Assembly: GCA_950097015.1 (NCBI GenBank)
Contig: CATNEN010000012.1
Location: forward strand, 1,364,001-1,428,000
Reading direction: 5' to 3'
Source: Macrostomum hystrix
Lineage: Eukaryota > Animalia > Platyhelminthes
DNA length: 64,000 nt
How positions within the stretch are numbered: the stretch's first letter is position 1; the number at the start of each line of letters is the position of its first letter. The translations under genes were made by a program, and so were the position numbers. Positions 12,926-23,111 of this stretch are shown here, one piece after another. The notes beneath the pieces are model-generated. The model saw only the letters and a program-made list of their open reading frames with translations, was not told where the DNA came from and ran no database searches.

Positions 12926-13784
12926 ATCCACATAAGTGTGATCTGAATCCATTGAAAGTTTTTATCCAATTCTTTTCTTGCACTTAACATAAATGCAAAG
13001 ATGCTACATCCCGTATTCAGTTTGTATTCAGTGAGTGTTTCTAAAGCTCCGGTGTGCCTGCTAACATACATGTTTTTGTTCAGTTTTAGTTTTTTCCTGT
13101 TCTGCATTGAACAATAGCGGAATATTTTTCTGTTAATTATCGGTGTGGAATGTGGAATGTGAACTGTCGATGTGGAAATCTTAAAAGCTGTTTCAACAGC
13201 TAAAGCAGGTACTAGGCTTTTGTCTGCTTTTTATCTTCATTTTCCCAGACTTTGTGAGGCTTTCTTTTAGAGCCAAATCGTTGGCCAATATGCCTTCTAA
13301 ATGTGTACAGTCTGGACTTCAACAGTTGAAGTTATCAACCTTATTTTGTTGCTACAGCAGCAGTTTATTTTTCCTTAATTGCGCAAATGAAAGCCTTTAT
13401 TTGGTCACATGTGACTTTTATTGTTGTGAGAGGTGCCTAAGGATCTGACAGTTTAGCATCACAACTAATTGAACTCTTCAACAATCCTGTTCCCATTTTT
13501 GCATTGTGTTAAATACAGTTCGGTTATGAAAACATATAGCTATTTTTCTGTTCTTGTGTAGAAGTGTATTTATTTAATCTCCTTTTTTAACTGACCAATC
13601 TAGAACAAGAGTATAATTATAGATATTTAGATAGTTTAGATAATAATGTACATGATTTCAGATAGTTATGTAGACTTAACATATACATTCACACGTCCAC
13701 TATACCGTAGCGTATAGCATCGAATGGCCTGTAGATTACTATAGCACAGAATCGATTTTAAATAGCAGAATATGGCATATAATC

Positions 13785-14330
13785 AATTGTAGATAGCAGA
13801 ATATGGCGTAGAGTTAATTTTAGATAGCAGAATATGGCGTAGAGTTAATTTTAGATAGCAGAATATGGCGTAGAGTTAATTGTAGATAGCAGAATATGGC
13901 GTAGAGTTAATTTTAGATAGCAGAATATGGCGTAGAGTTAATTTTAGATAGCAGAATATGGCGTAGAGTTAATTTTAGATAGCAGAATATGGCGTAGAGT
14001 TAATTGTAGATAGCAGAATATGGCGTAGAGTTAATTTTAGATAGCAGAATATGGCGTAGAGTTAATTTTAGATAGCAGAATATGGCGTAGAATTGATTGT
14101 AGATAGCAGAATATGGCGTAGAATTGATTGCAGATAGCAGAATATGTCGTAGAATTAATTGTAGATAGCAGAATATGGCGTAGAATTGATTGCAGATAGC
14201 AGAATATAGCGTATAATTTCTAGTAGATAGCAGAATATAGCGTACAATTTCTTGTAGATAGCAGAATATAGCGTATAATTTCTAGTAGATAGCAGAATAT
14301 GAGGTAGAATTGCTAGTAGATAGCATAATA
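13785..14330. repeat. 31-bp tandem array (TAGATAGCAGAATATGGCGTAGAGTTAATTT)
   Basis: Period 31 by inspection. Confidence 0.95.
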
Positions 14331-14504
14331 TGGCTTAGTAAATGATTTAAAGCAATGACTTTGAGTGAGCTATAGATAAATAGAGTGAATATTGACTATA
14401 TAGTAGGGACAGTGTCGCCAGAGCGTTGACCTATTAAATCACATTCCCAGCTTGCATTGCAGCTCTGCAGAAACTAAACCCCAGTCAGAGCCAAAGCCCC
14501 AGCC

Positions 14505-15194
14505 ATGCTGCCGGCCCCCTTATTCGACTATCAGTTTCGCGTCATCATCATCGGGGACACGATGGTCGGCAAGTCCTCGCTTGTGCGCTACTTTGTCGAA
14601 GGCACCCCGGACACCGCCTGCGAGGCCACAGTTGGTGTTGATTTCTTTGCTCGAGTTGTCCAACTGCCCGACGGTTGCCGGGTGAAGCTGACACTGTGGG
14701 ACACGGCCGGGCACGAGAAATTCCGCTCCATCACCCGCTCCTATTATCGCAACGCTGTCGCAGCCTTGATAGTCTACGATGTCACCAATCGTTCTAGCTT
14801 GGCCAGCGTGCCTGCTTGGCTTAAAGAGGCCCGCCTGAATATGACCTGCACCGACCCCGGCCTGCTGCTGGTCGGCCAGAAAGCCGACATGACCAGCCAC
14901 AGAACGGTGGGCCGCGAGGAAGCCGTCAGCTTAGCCGACCAGTTGGGCTTGGCCTATGTTGAAACTTCCGCAATCAGCGGCCACAATGTGGAGGCCTGCT
15001 TTCGCGCCCTGGCCGAGCGGGTCTACTGCCTGCTCGTGGCTGGCCGCTACTCCGCAATGTCGCCCGACTGGGACGGCGTGCGAGTCGGTCGCGCCGCGGC
15101 GACTTCTTCTTTGCCGACTGCGGTTCGATTGACAGCTAATTATGGCGAATCTGGCGAAGCTGCCACTCAGTCCGGATCTGGCTGCTGTGCGTGA
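14505..15194 (+). CDS. RAB39: Rab39-like small GTPase, intronless, 229 aa
   Basis: YQFRVIIIGDTMVGKSS, TVGVDFFAR, LWDTAGHEKFRSITRSYYRN, ETSA, WDGVRVG and terminal CCA match the Rab39 subfamily pattern. Confidence 0.85.
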   Translation: MLPAPLFDYQFRVIIIGDTMVGKSSLVRYFVEGTPDTACEATVGVDFFARVVQLPDGCRVKLTLWDTAGHEKFRSITRSYYRNAVAALIVYDVTNRSSLASVPAWLKEARLNMTCTDPGLLLVGQKADMTSHRTVGREEAVSLADQLGLAYVETSAISGHNVEACFRALAERVYCLLVAGRYSAMSPDWDGVRVGRAAATSSLPTAVRLTANYGESGEAATQSGSGCCA

Positions 15195-15281
15195 CCGCCT
15201 GATTGATTGACTGATTGACTGATTGACTGATTGATTGACTGATTGATTGACTGATTGACTGATTGACTGATTGATTGATTG
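15195..15281. repeat. (GATT/GACT)n microsatellite just after the Rab39 stop
   Basis: Direct inspection. Confidence 0.9.
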
Positions 15282-15310
15282 AATGATTTATAATTCATCA
15301 ACCACCGGCA

Positions 15311-15433
15311 GGAGTTTCTAGCCCTAGTGGTTAGAGCGTCGAACTCCAATACTTGAAGGTCGGGGGTTCGATTCCCGACTCCACTGAAACAATTCGTGTA
15401 TGAATTGTTATGCGTGTTAGTAAGACACTTAAT
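15311..15433 (+). mobile_element. SINE 5' fragment (tRNA head plus start of CORE)
   Basis: TAGTGGTTAGAGCG..GGTTCGATTCCCGACTCCACTG..TTAGTAAGACACTTAA, homologous to the 15553 copy. Confidence 0.75.
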
Positions 15434-15552
15434 ACAGTTTAGCTACAGGCTCAATATACTGTAATTACAGACTCGATATACTATAGTTACAGACTCCATA
15501 TGCTGTGCTTACAGACATGATATGCTGTAGATACAGACTCAATGTGCTGTAG

Positions 15553-15863
15553 GGAGGTTGTAGCCCAGTGGTCAGGGCGTCGGACTCACTACTTGAAGGT
15601 CGGTGGTTCGATTCCCGACTCCACTGTAACAATTTGTGTCCTTTAGCAAGGCACTTAACTCTGCATTGCTTCAGTTCACCCAGCTGTTAAATGTGTATCA
15701 GCACTAGCTGGGGTGATTGAGGGGTGGGGTAACTGGGGTGTGGCGTCCCCCCAGTCCATGGACTGAACAGCCGTACACAGCCTTCAGATGCGCCGCGCAA
15801 TAGCTGGGGCTGTGCTGTCGGCTGCATATCTGGCCCAATCAGGGGCAGATGTAATAAAAAAAT
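15553..15863 (+). mobile_element. tRNA-derived CORE-type SINE, near full length
   Basis: A-box-like AGTGGTCAGGGCG and B box GGTTCGATTCC, then GTGTCCTTTAGCAAGGCACTTAACTCTGCATTGCTTCAGTTCACCCAGCTGTTAAATG (MIR/CORE-like), ending in an A-rich tail. Several dispersed copies exist in the window. Confidence 0.8.
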
Positions 15864-16332
15864 CTATTTATTGAATTGTCTTTTCGGTTTTATTATAGAG
15901 TGATAGTTTAGTATTTTAGTATTTCCATCATTAGGCATTGTTTTTGCCAGTCTATCCAGAATATTCCAGTCTCTGCTGGTGCGTAAATGTACTTTTATTA
16001 GTTTTTCTAACAATCTGATCTGAATCTCTTGTCCTTTGCCTTGTGAACTCAGTATGTCTGCTAAGACCTTGTCCAGTTCTTTTATTAACAGCTGATCTGA
16101 ATTCCATTTTGCAAAGCCAATTCTGTGTTTGAATTATTTAAAATGTTTTTATTTTTAGTTTTAACTTTTGTATTCTCTAGATAAACTTGGATATGAAGGA
16201 ATAGATCATATTGCCAATCTATCAACATAGATTAACAGAAGATCACGCTGGTATTTCAACTACCCACAGCTTTCTTTATTTCTGTATCTCCCAAAATGTT
16301 CAACCAATAGCCTTGAAAATCCGAGTCCGATG

Positions 16333-16499
16333 TTAGGACGTCGGACTCACTACTTGAAGGTCAGGGGTTCGATTCCCGACTCCACTGTAACAATTTGTGC
16401 CTTTAGCAAGACGCGTAACTCTGGATTGCTTCAGTTCAGCCAGCTGTTAAATGGGTACCAGCATCAGCTGGGCCAATTGAGGGTGGGTGTGGCGTCCCC
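16333..16499 (+). mobile_element. 5' half of the SINE interrupted by the YR element
   Basis: Aligns to ~15570-15750 and stops abruptly at GGCGTCCCC. Confidence 0.85.
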
Positions 16500-17096
16500 T
16501 ATGTTAGCGGTGATGACACGAAACAAAGAAATGACGCACATCGTAGGGGATACCCGACAGGCCACATCACAGATATGACACTCCAAAAAAATATATCCGA
16601 CCAGAATATTTCGAAATATGACACATAAAAGTTTTGCAAAGAAACTGTAAATTTTGCATTATAAGCTACTAATAGTAGAAATGGGAAAATATTTCGGTCG
16701 CAGCTTTAAAGGGTTTGAGGTCAATCGTATTAGACACAAGTCCAGCTATTTCAGTTATATATATAAATTTATTATTTACTTTATTTTCATATTTTCAAAT
16801 TATATTTTATGTGCATACGAATTTTCAGTTACAAGTTTCAAATATTATATTATATTGACATGTTTCACAAGTTAGAAAATAGTTTTAATAGCATGTTGAA
16901 ATAGTACAAAAGCGCAGAAAAAGTGCAACAGAGAAAAAACCGCGCAGCACAGGTGTTGGCACCGCTGCTATGCATTAAATTGAGCTTGCCCAATCTGCTT
17001 TCGATCACTCTCCTAGAACTGTCTTCCTATAATCACCCTCTTTGAATCGATCAGAATCTGCTGCCTTCGTTTTTTGGCCTAATTAAGCGTAGAAAG

Positions 17097-20000
17097 TTAC
17101 ACAGAGTTCAGGAATCTGTCAATACGGTCTTCAGCACTTATTTTTGAAGCAGCTGCCATTTGCTCGAAGGCTTCTCTCAGCTCTTGTGATGCGCCTCGTG
17201 GTGCTGCCATTGAATTTTCCACGAACCGCCACTGGTGCAACCACGCACTTGACGGTGGGGCGTCGAAAAATTGCACATGCACATGTATCATGCTCACTCC
17301 TCTTGTGCATCTCGAACCGCGTCGTGGCAGACAAACCATTGCTGGCCACCAACATTCGCCATTGGTCGGCCAGTACCCTAGCACCAGCGTGCCAGGCTCC
17401 AGTTTCTGCCGTTTGCAGGATTGGTCGGCAGCTGGTGGCAGCCGCCTTTTGCGGGTTGCGCCCGCAGCCGACTCCGCGGGTAGATCAGCGCCAGCGACGC
17501 CAGAGGAGCCCGCAACCGACTCCGCGGGCAAATCAGCGCCAGCGACGCCAGAGGAGCCCGCAGCCGACTCCGTGGGCAGATCAGCGCCAGCGACGCCAGA
17601 GGAGCCCGCAACCGACTCCGCGGGCAGATCAGCGCCAGCGACGCCAGAGGAGCCCGCAGCCGACTCCGTGGGCAGATCAGCGCCAGCGACGCCAGAGGAG
17701 CCCGCAGCCGACTCCGCGGGCAGATCAGCGCCAGCGACGCCAGAGGAGCCTGCAGCCGACTCCGTGGGCAGATCAGCGCCAGCGACGCCAGAGGAGCCCG
17801 CAGCCGACTCCGCGGGCAGATCAGCGCCAGCGACGCCAGAGGAGCCCGCAGCCGAGCTGTACAATTCCTCAAGCAGCTCTTGGTTAAAATCTGCCAGCGA
17901 AGAAGAGAACGACAGATTTGTCAAGCTGTCGAGAAAGTCGCCAGCAGCAGCATTCTCAGGCAGAACGGCGCCGGCAGCAGCATTCCCAGGCAGAACGGCG
18001 CCAGCAGCAGCATTCTCAGGCAGAACGGCGCCAGCAGCAGCATTCTCAGGCAGAACGGCGCCAGCAGCAGCATTCTCAGGCAGAACGGCGCCAGCAGCAG
18101 CATTCTCAGGCAGAACGGCGCCGGCACTCGGCCGTTTCGCCTTCGGACCAGCCACCGAAGCGTCGGTTGTTTTCTGCCACCGGCACGGCTTGGCTTTGGC
18201 TTTTGCGGATGCGGTAGTGGCTGGCTTTCTGCGAATACCGCCGTCGGCAGCTAAAAAACGGTGTCATATTTGATAATGTATTTATATAATTGTTATAGCC
18301 TCTGCACCCATTATATTAAAAAAATATAATATAGAAAGTCGGTGCTACTTTCTTTATAGCACCGACACTGCGACTTGGCATACAAGCATACAGGTTTCGA
18401 TTCCCTTATGTCCTGACTCCCTGAGGTCCTGATTCACTTGGCCAAATTGACGAAATTCACTGAGGTCACAATTCATCAAAATCTCAATTCACAAAGCTTA
18501 TTTAACAATAATGCACTCACTGGCGGCGCAGTTAATTCTGCTCGCTAAGCTGCCAGCAGCCGATTGCAGGTCGTTGCCGAGTAGCGGAGCCTTGGCGTTT
18601 ACGTCCTCTTCACGCACGCCGGCGCCCTCTGTGACCAGTCGCTTTGTGAGCTGGCGGCCCTTCTCTCTTCTTTTCTTAGTCTGGGTCTGATTAGCAAAGT
18701 GGTGGGATAAAAAGGTTAATAATAATAAAAGCAAACTTAATTTTAACAATACATTCTTATTTGGACTCTTTTGTTTCATAATTTCTCAAAAAATACTATA
18801 CAGTGAAGCTTTTCAAAGAGTGAAAGTGAAGCTATTGCTAAAGCAAGTATATATGTATTAAAGCTTCCAGCTTGAGAAATTCCTAGTTCGTGAAGCGATT
18901 TTATAGATAACTTGAGTAAATCTTACCTGGTAAAATCGGCGCTGCACTCCTTCGGTGTGATTTTGATGGTCTGCCATCAAGCGCTGTTCTTCCGCCGTGG
19001 CGGATTCCAGACCCATCGTTTCCAGCCACTCGCGGAATTTAGAAACAGTGACATTGTGCAGCAGCGGTGAGTATCTTTTTCTATACTGGTAAAATAGGCG
19101 GTCGAAAGAGCCGTACGGGAATAGAAACGCCGGAGCGTCGTCGCTCGGGCTCTCCGCAAATCGTTGCGCCAGGACCTGCATCACCAGGTCTGCGCACGGC
19201 GTTACACTTGCCCACGCTGAGCCGTGGCCCTCATTTGATTTATGCTCTTTAACTTTGAGAGGCTCATTCGGCGACTTCAGCCACCGGCGTGCGTCCGAAA
19301 TTTTGCAGGCGGAGGCCACGCCCTGCCGGTTGGCGTTTCCATCGCCGAAACAAATACACATCCCGATGGCCAGGAATGTCACCGTCCTGTGTCAATGTTG
19401 AGGCCAAGATTTTTTCATCCCATGATTAAGTGCCATTTCAAAGATTAGGTGCCATTTCAAAGATTAGGTGCCATTTCAAAGATTAGGTGCCATTTCAAAG
19501 ATTAGGTGCCATTTCAAAGATTAGGTGCCATTTCAAAGATTAGGTGCCACTTCAAAATCTAAGTGCCACTTTAAAATCTAAGTGCCACTTCAAAATCTAA
19601 GTGCCACTTTAAAATCTAAGTGCCACTTCAAAATCTAAGTGCCACTTCAAAATCTAAGTGCCACTTCAAAATCTAAGTGCCACTTTAAAATCTAAGTGCC
19701 ACTTCAAAATCTAAGTGCCACTTCAAAATCTAAGTGCCACTTTAAAATCTAAGTGCCACTTCAAAATCTAAGTGCCACTTCAAAATCTAAGTGCCACTTC
19801 AAAATCTAAGTGCCACTTTAAAATCTAAGTGCCACTTCAAAATCTAAGTGCCACTTCAAAATCTAAGTGCCACTTCAAAATCTAAGTGCCACTTCAAAAT
19901 CTAAGTGCCACTTTAAAGATTATAAGAACTCACCGGTCTTTTGTGCGCCTAGCCTCCTCCAGGACGGTGGTCTTCATCTCGAAGACGGCCTTAATTTGGT

Positions 20001-22676
20001 CGCCGGTCATGAGCTCTTCTTCCTTCCGGTCCATCAGGTCCGCGTAATATTTTGCCTTGGGACCCATGGAACTAGCAGTCCAATTCTTTGTCGACTGCCT
20101 GTATGATGTTAAATGCTGCAGCAGCCCATCCTCAATCACTTGTTGATAGCGTCGGGTGACCATAAAGTTGCCGACTTTTTCCAGCGCAGAGACGCTCTGC
20201 TTGAGCATCGAGTAGGAAAGGTTATCCAAATACGCGCTGATTCGGTCGCGCTGGTCTTCGATGACCAGTGAGTTAAATGAGTCGATGTCAAGTGAGCGCA
20301 TCAGCCGCTTCAGGTAGCAACGAATTTCGCGTACCGTTGCCGGCTTCTTGCGCCCACCGAGAGAGCTGGCCAAGAATGCACAGAGTGCCTCAACGTCGTC
20401 TGTCGACGGGTGCTCGGCCACGGCTGGTCTAGCCGGCACTCTGCTTCTGGCCTCAGTCAGCTTCTGCTCCTTTGCAGCTCTTGCTGCGTCTGGGTGGCTG
20501 TTGCGTCTGTGGCTCGCCAGCAAATTTGTGTCGTTGCGCCACTCGCCGCAGATTTCGCACTGTACCGCCTTCTCTGCCATTGGGCCGGCAGTCAGCTGAT
20601 GCGTGTTAAGCTTAACAGAAGCACGCAGAATCTGGAGGGCTCTTTTGTGCAGAATAAATTCAGGAAGCCCATCCTTTGCCAGATTTTGTTTTGTCTCTTC
20701 GATCAGATTCATATGCGCTCTTTTGATGTGTTCACTAAAGCGGGACTCTTTGATTGGCATGCAGTCACCGAATGGGCAAATATACTCCTGCCCGGCACGC
20801 GACTTGGGCTGCTGAGCTGCGGCGGGCGGCTGCTGAGCTGCGGTGGGCGGCTGCTGAGCTGCGGTGGGCGGCTGCTGAGCTACGGTGGGCGGCTGCTGAG
20901 CTGCGGCGAGTGGCTGCTGAGCTGCGGTGGGCGGCTGCTGAGCTGCGGGGGGCGGCTGCTGAGCTGCGGTGGGCGGCTGCTGAGCTGCGGTGGGCGGCTG
21001 CTGAGCTGCGGGGGGCGGCTGCTGAGCTGCGGGGGGCGGCTGCTGAGCTGCGGGGGGCGGCTGCTGAGCTGCGGTGGGCGGCTGCTGAGCTGCGGCGAGT
21101 GGCTGCTGAGCTGCGGTGGGCGGCTGCTGAGCTGCGAGGGGCGGCTGCTGAGCTGCGGTGGGCGGCTGCTGAGCTGCGCCGGGCGGCTGCTGAGCTGAGC
21201 CGGGCTGAGACGCATCAGTCTGAGTAGAGAAATTGCAGTTATTGGTAGAGTAGAGGCAGGGCAGTGTGGTAGAGACAGGGCAATGTGGTAGAGACAGGGC
21301 AGTGTGGTAGAGACAGGGCAGTGTGGTAGAGACAGGGCAGTGTGGTAGAGACAGGGCAGTGTGGTAGAGACAGGGCAATGTGGTAGAGACAGGGCAGTGT
21401 GGTAGAGACAGGGCAGTGTGGTAGAGACAGGGCAGTGTGGTAGAGACAGGGCAGTGTGGTAGAGACAGGGCAGTGTGGTAGAGACAGGGCAGTGTGGTAG
21501 AGACAGGGCAGTGTGGTAGAGGCAGGGCAGTGTGGTAGAGGCAGGGCAGTGTGGTAGAGACAGGGCAATGTGGTAGAGACAGGGCAGTGTGGTAGAGACA
21601 GGGCAATGTGGTAGAGACAGGGCAGTGTGGTAGAGACAAGGCAATGTGGTAGAGACAGGGCAGTGTGGTAGAGACAGGGCAATGTGGTAGAGACAGGGCA
21701 GTGTGGTAGAGACAGGGCAGTGTGGTAGAGACAGGGCAATGTGGTAGATACAGGGCAGTGTGGTAGAGACAGGGCAATGTGGTAGAGACAGGGCAGTGTG
21801 GTAGAGACAGGGCAATGTGGTAGAGACAGGGCAGTGTGGTAGAGACAGGGCAGTGTGGTAGAGACAGGGCAGTGTGGTAGAGACAGGGCAATGTGGTAGA
21901 GACAGGGCAGTGTGGTAGAGACAGGGCAGTGTGGTAGAGACAGGGCAGTGTGGTAGAGACAGGGCAGTGTGGTAGAGACAGGGCAGTGTGGTAGAGGCAG
22001 GGCAGTGTGGTAGAGACAGGGCAATGTGGTAGAGACAGGGCAGTGTGGTAGAGACAGGGCAATGTGGTAGAGACAGGGCAGTGTGGTAGAGACAAGGCAA
22101 TGTGGTAGAGACAGGGCAGTGTGGTAGAGACAGGGCAATGTGGTAGAGACAGGGCAGTGTGGTAGAGACAGGGCAGTGTGGTAGAGACAGGGCAATGTGG
22201 TAGATACAGGGCAGTGTGGTAGAGACAGGGCAATGTGGTAGAGACAGGGCAGTGTGGTAGAGACAGGGCAATGTGGTAGAGACAGGGCAGTGTGGTAGAG
22301 ACAGGGCAGTGTGGTAGAGACAGGGCAGTGTGGTAGAGACAGGGCAATGTGGTAGAGACAGGGCAGTGTGGTAGAGACAGGGCAGTGTGGTAGAGACAGG
22401 GCAGTGTGGTAGAGACAGGGCAGTGTGGTAGAGACAGGGCAATGTGGTAGAGACAGGGCAGTGTGGTAGAGACAGGGCAATGTGGTAGAGACAGGGCAGT
22501 GTGGTAGGGACAGGGCAGTTATTAGTAAAAGTATGCTCTTCACTTTCACTTACCATTGACTGAAATCGATCAGACGCGGCGAGCTCTTTCTCAAACGACT
22601 TTTGCCGCTTAGCGACGTCATAGCGTTTGCCTTTGCGGCTTATCAGCTGTTTTATAAACTCAAATTGTTTGGACAT
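17097..22676 (-). CDS. Zinc-finger + tyrosine recombinase + PWWP protein (~1062 aa); exons 22676-22554, 21219-19934, 19386-18927, 18686-18521, 18250-17097
   Basis: All four introns are GT-AG with matching phases (0, 2, 0, 1); the 3189 nt join is open. Motifs: C2H2-like fingers (CPFGDC..H..H; CEIC..H..H); YR residues NANR, EHKS, SKFR, NH, FYQ; PWWP-like LVLGYW..CWWPAMV..HVQFFD.PPSSAW. Exon 1 and the start codon are less certain. Confidence 0.85.
17440..17860 (-). repeat. Coding 48-bp repeat (AAGSSGVAGADLPAES) within the YR-PWWP last exon
   Basis: Unit is a multiple of 3 and the frame is preserved. Confidence 0.9.
17935..18125 (-). repeat. Coding 30-bp repeat (GAVLPENAAA)
   Basis: Unit is a multiple of 3 and the frame is preserved. 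Confidence 0.9.
19430..19917. repeat. 19-bp array (AAGTGCCACTTCAAAATCT) in intron 2 of the YR gene
   Basis: Period 19; two sub-variants. Confidence 0.95.
20805..21200 (-). repeat. Coding 21-bp repeat (AQQPPxA)
   Basis: Frame preserved within exon 2. Confidence 0.9.
21245..22518. repeat. 19-bp array (GTGGTAGAGACAGGGCAGT) in intron 1 of the YR gene
   Basis: Period 19, ~66 copies. Confidence 0.97.
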
Positions 22677-22755
22677 TTGAATTATTATATATAGAAAAAA
22701 TGAAATTAATTGAGAATTAGAAATCTGGCTTTTTGAAAAGCCAGTTGAAGTCCCA

Positions 22756-22762
22756 TTTTATA
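22756..22762 (-). promoter_or_regulatory. Candidate TATA box for the YR-PWWP gene
   Basis: TATAAAA on the minus strand ~80 nt upstream of the ATG at 22676. Confidence 0.35.
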
Positions 22763-23111
22763 TGAAGTGGCAGTTTGACATCAACAAGTAATGTTCACTC
22801 TAATTTTTATTGGTTCGGAATGGGGTTGTCAAAATAATTTAACATTCATGGAACGTGTCAAACCCATTATGCTTTTAGACTCAAAAGGGGTGGACTGTCT
22901 CATTTCAGTAGTGACTCATTTTTACAGCATATTACTTTATTTCAAAATGAAAGATGTGCATCAACGAGTATGAAACATAGATTAGGTACAATGTGCCTCA
23001 CTCACATTCACTGCAGCCTGATTCACTGCCTGATTCACAGCCAGACTCACTGATCTAGTTTGGGTTTCGAATACTCAGTTATTTCTGCATTTTTTTTATT
23101 GCGTAGCCCTT

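Noticed and set aside
12345-12983. MDLEDTS-repeat ORF
   Set aside because: 21-bp array immediately 3' of the RING-H2 stop on the opposite strand; no unique domain.
15553-15630. tRNA gene
   Set aside because: A and B boxes are present but run into CORE-SINE body sequence, the unit recurs as diverged copies, and no convincing full cloverleaf was found.
19930-22676. 805-aa, 598-aa and 436-aa ORFs read straight through the 19-bp array
   Set aside because: The array lies in a GT-AG intron (22553-21220); only 22676-22554 and 21219-19934 are treated as coding.
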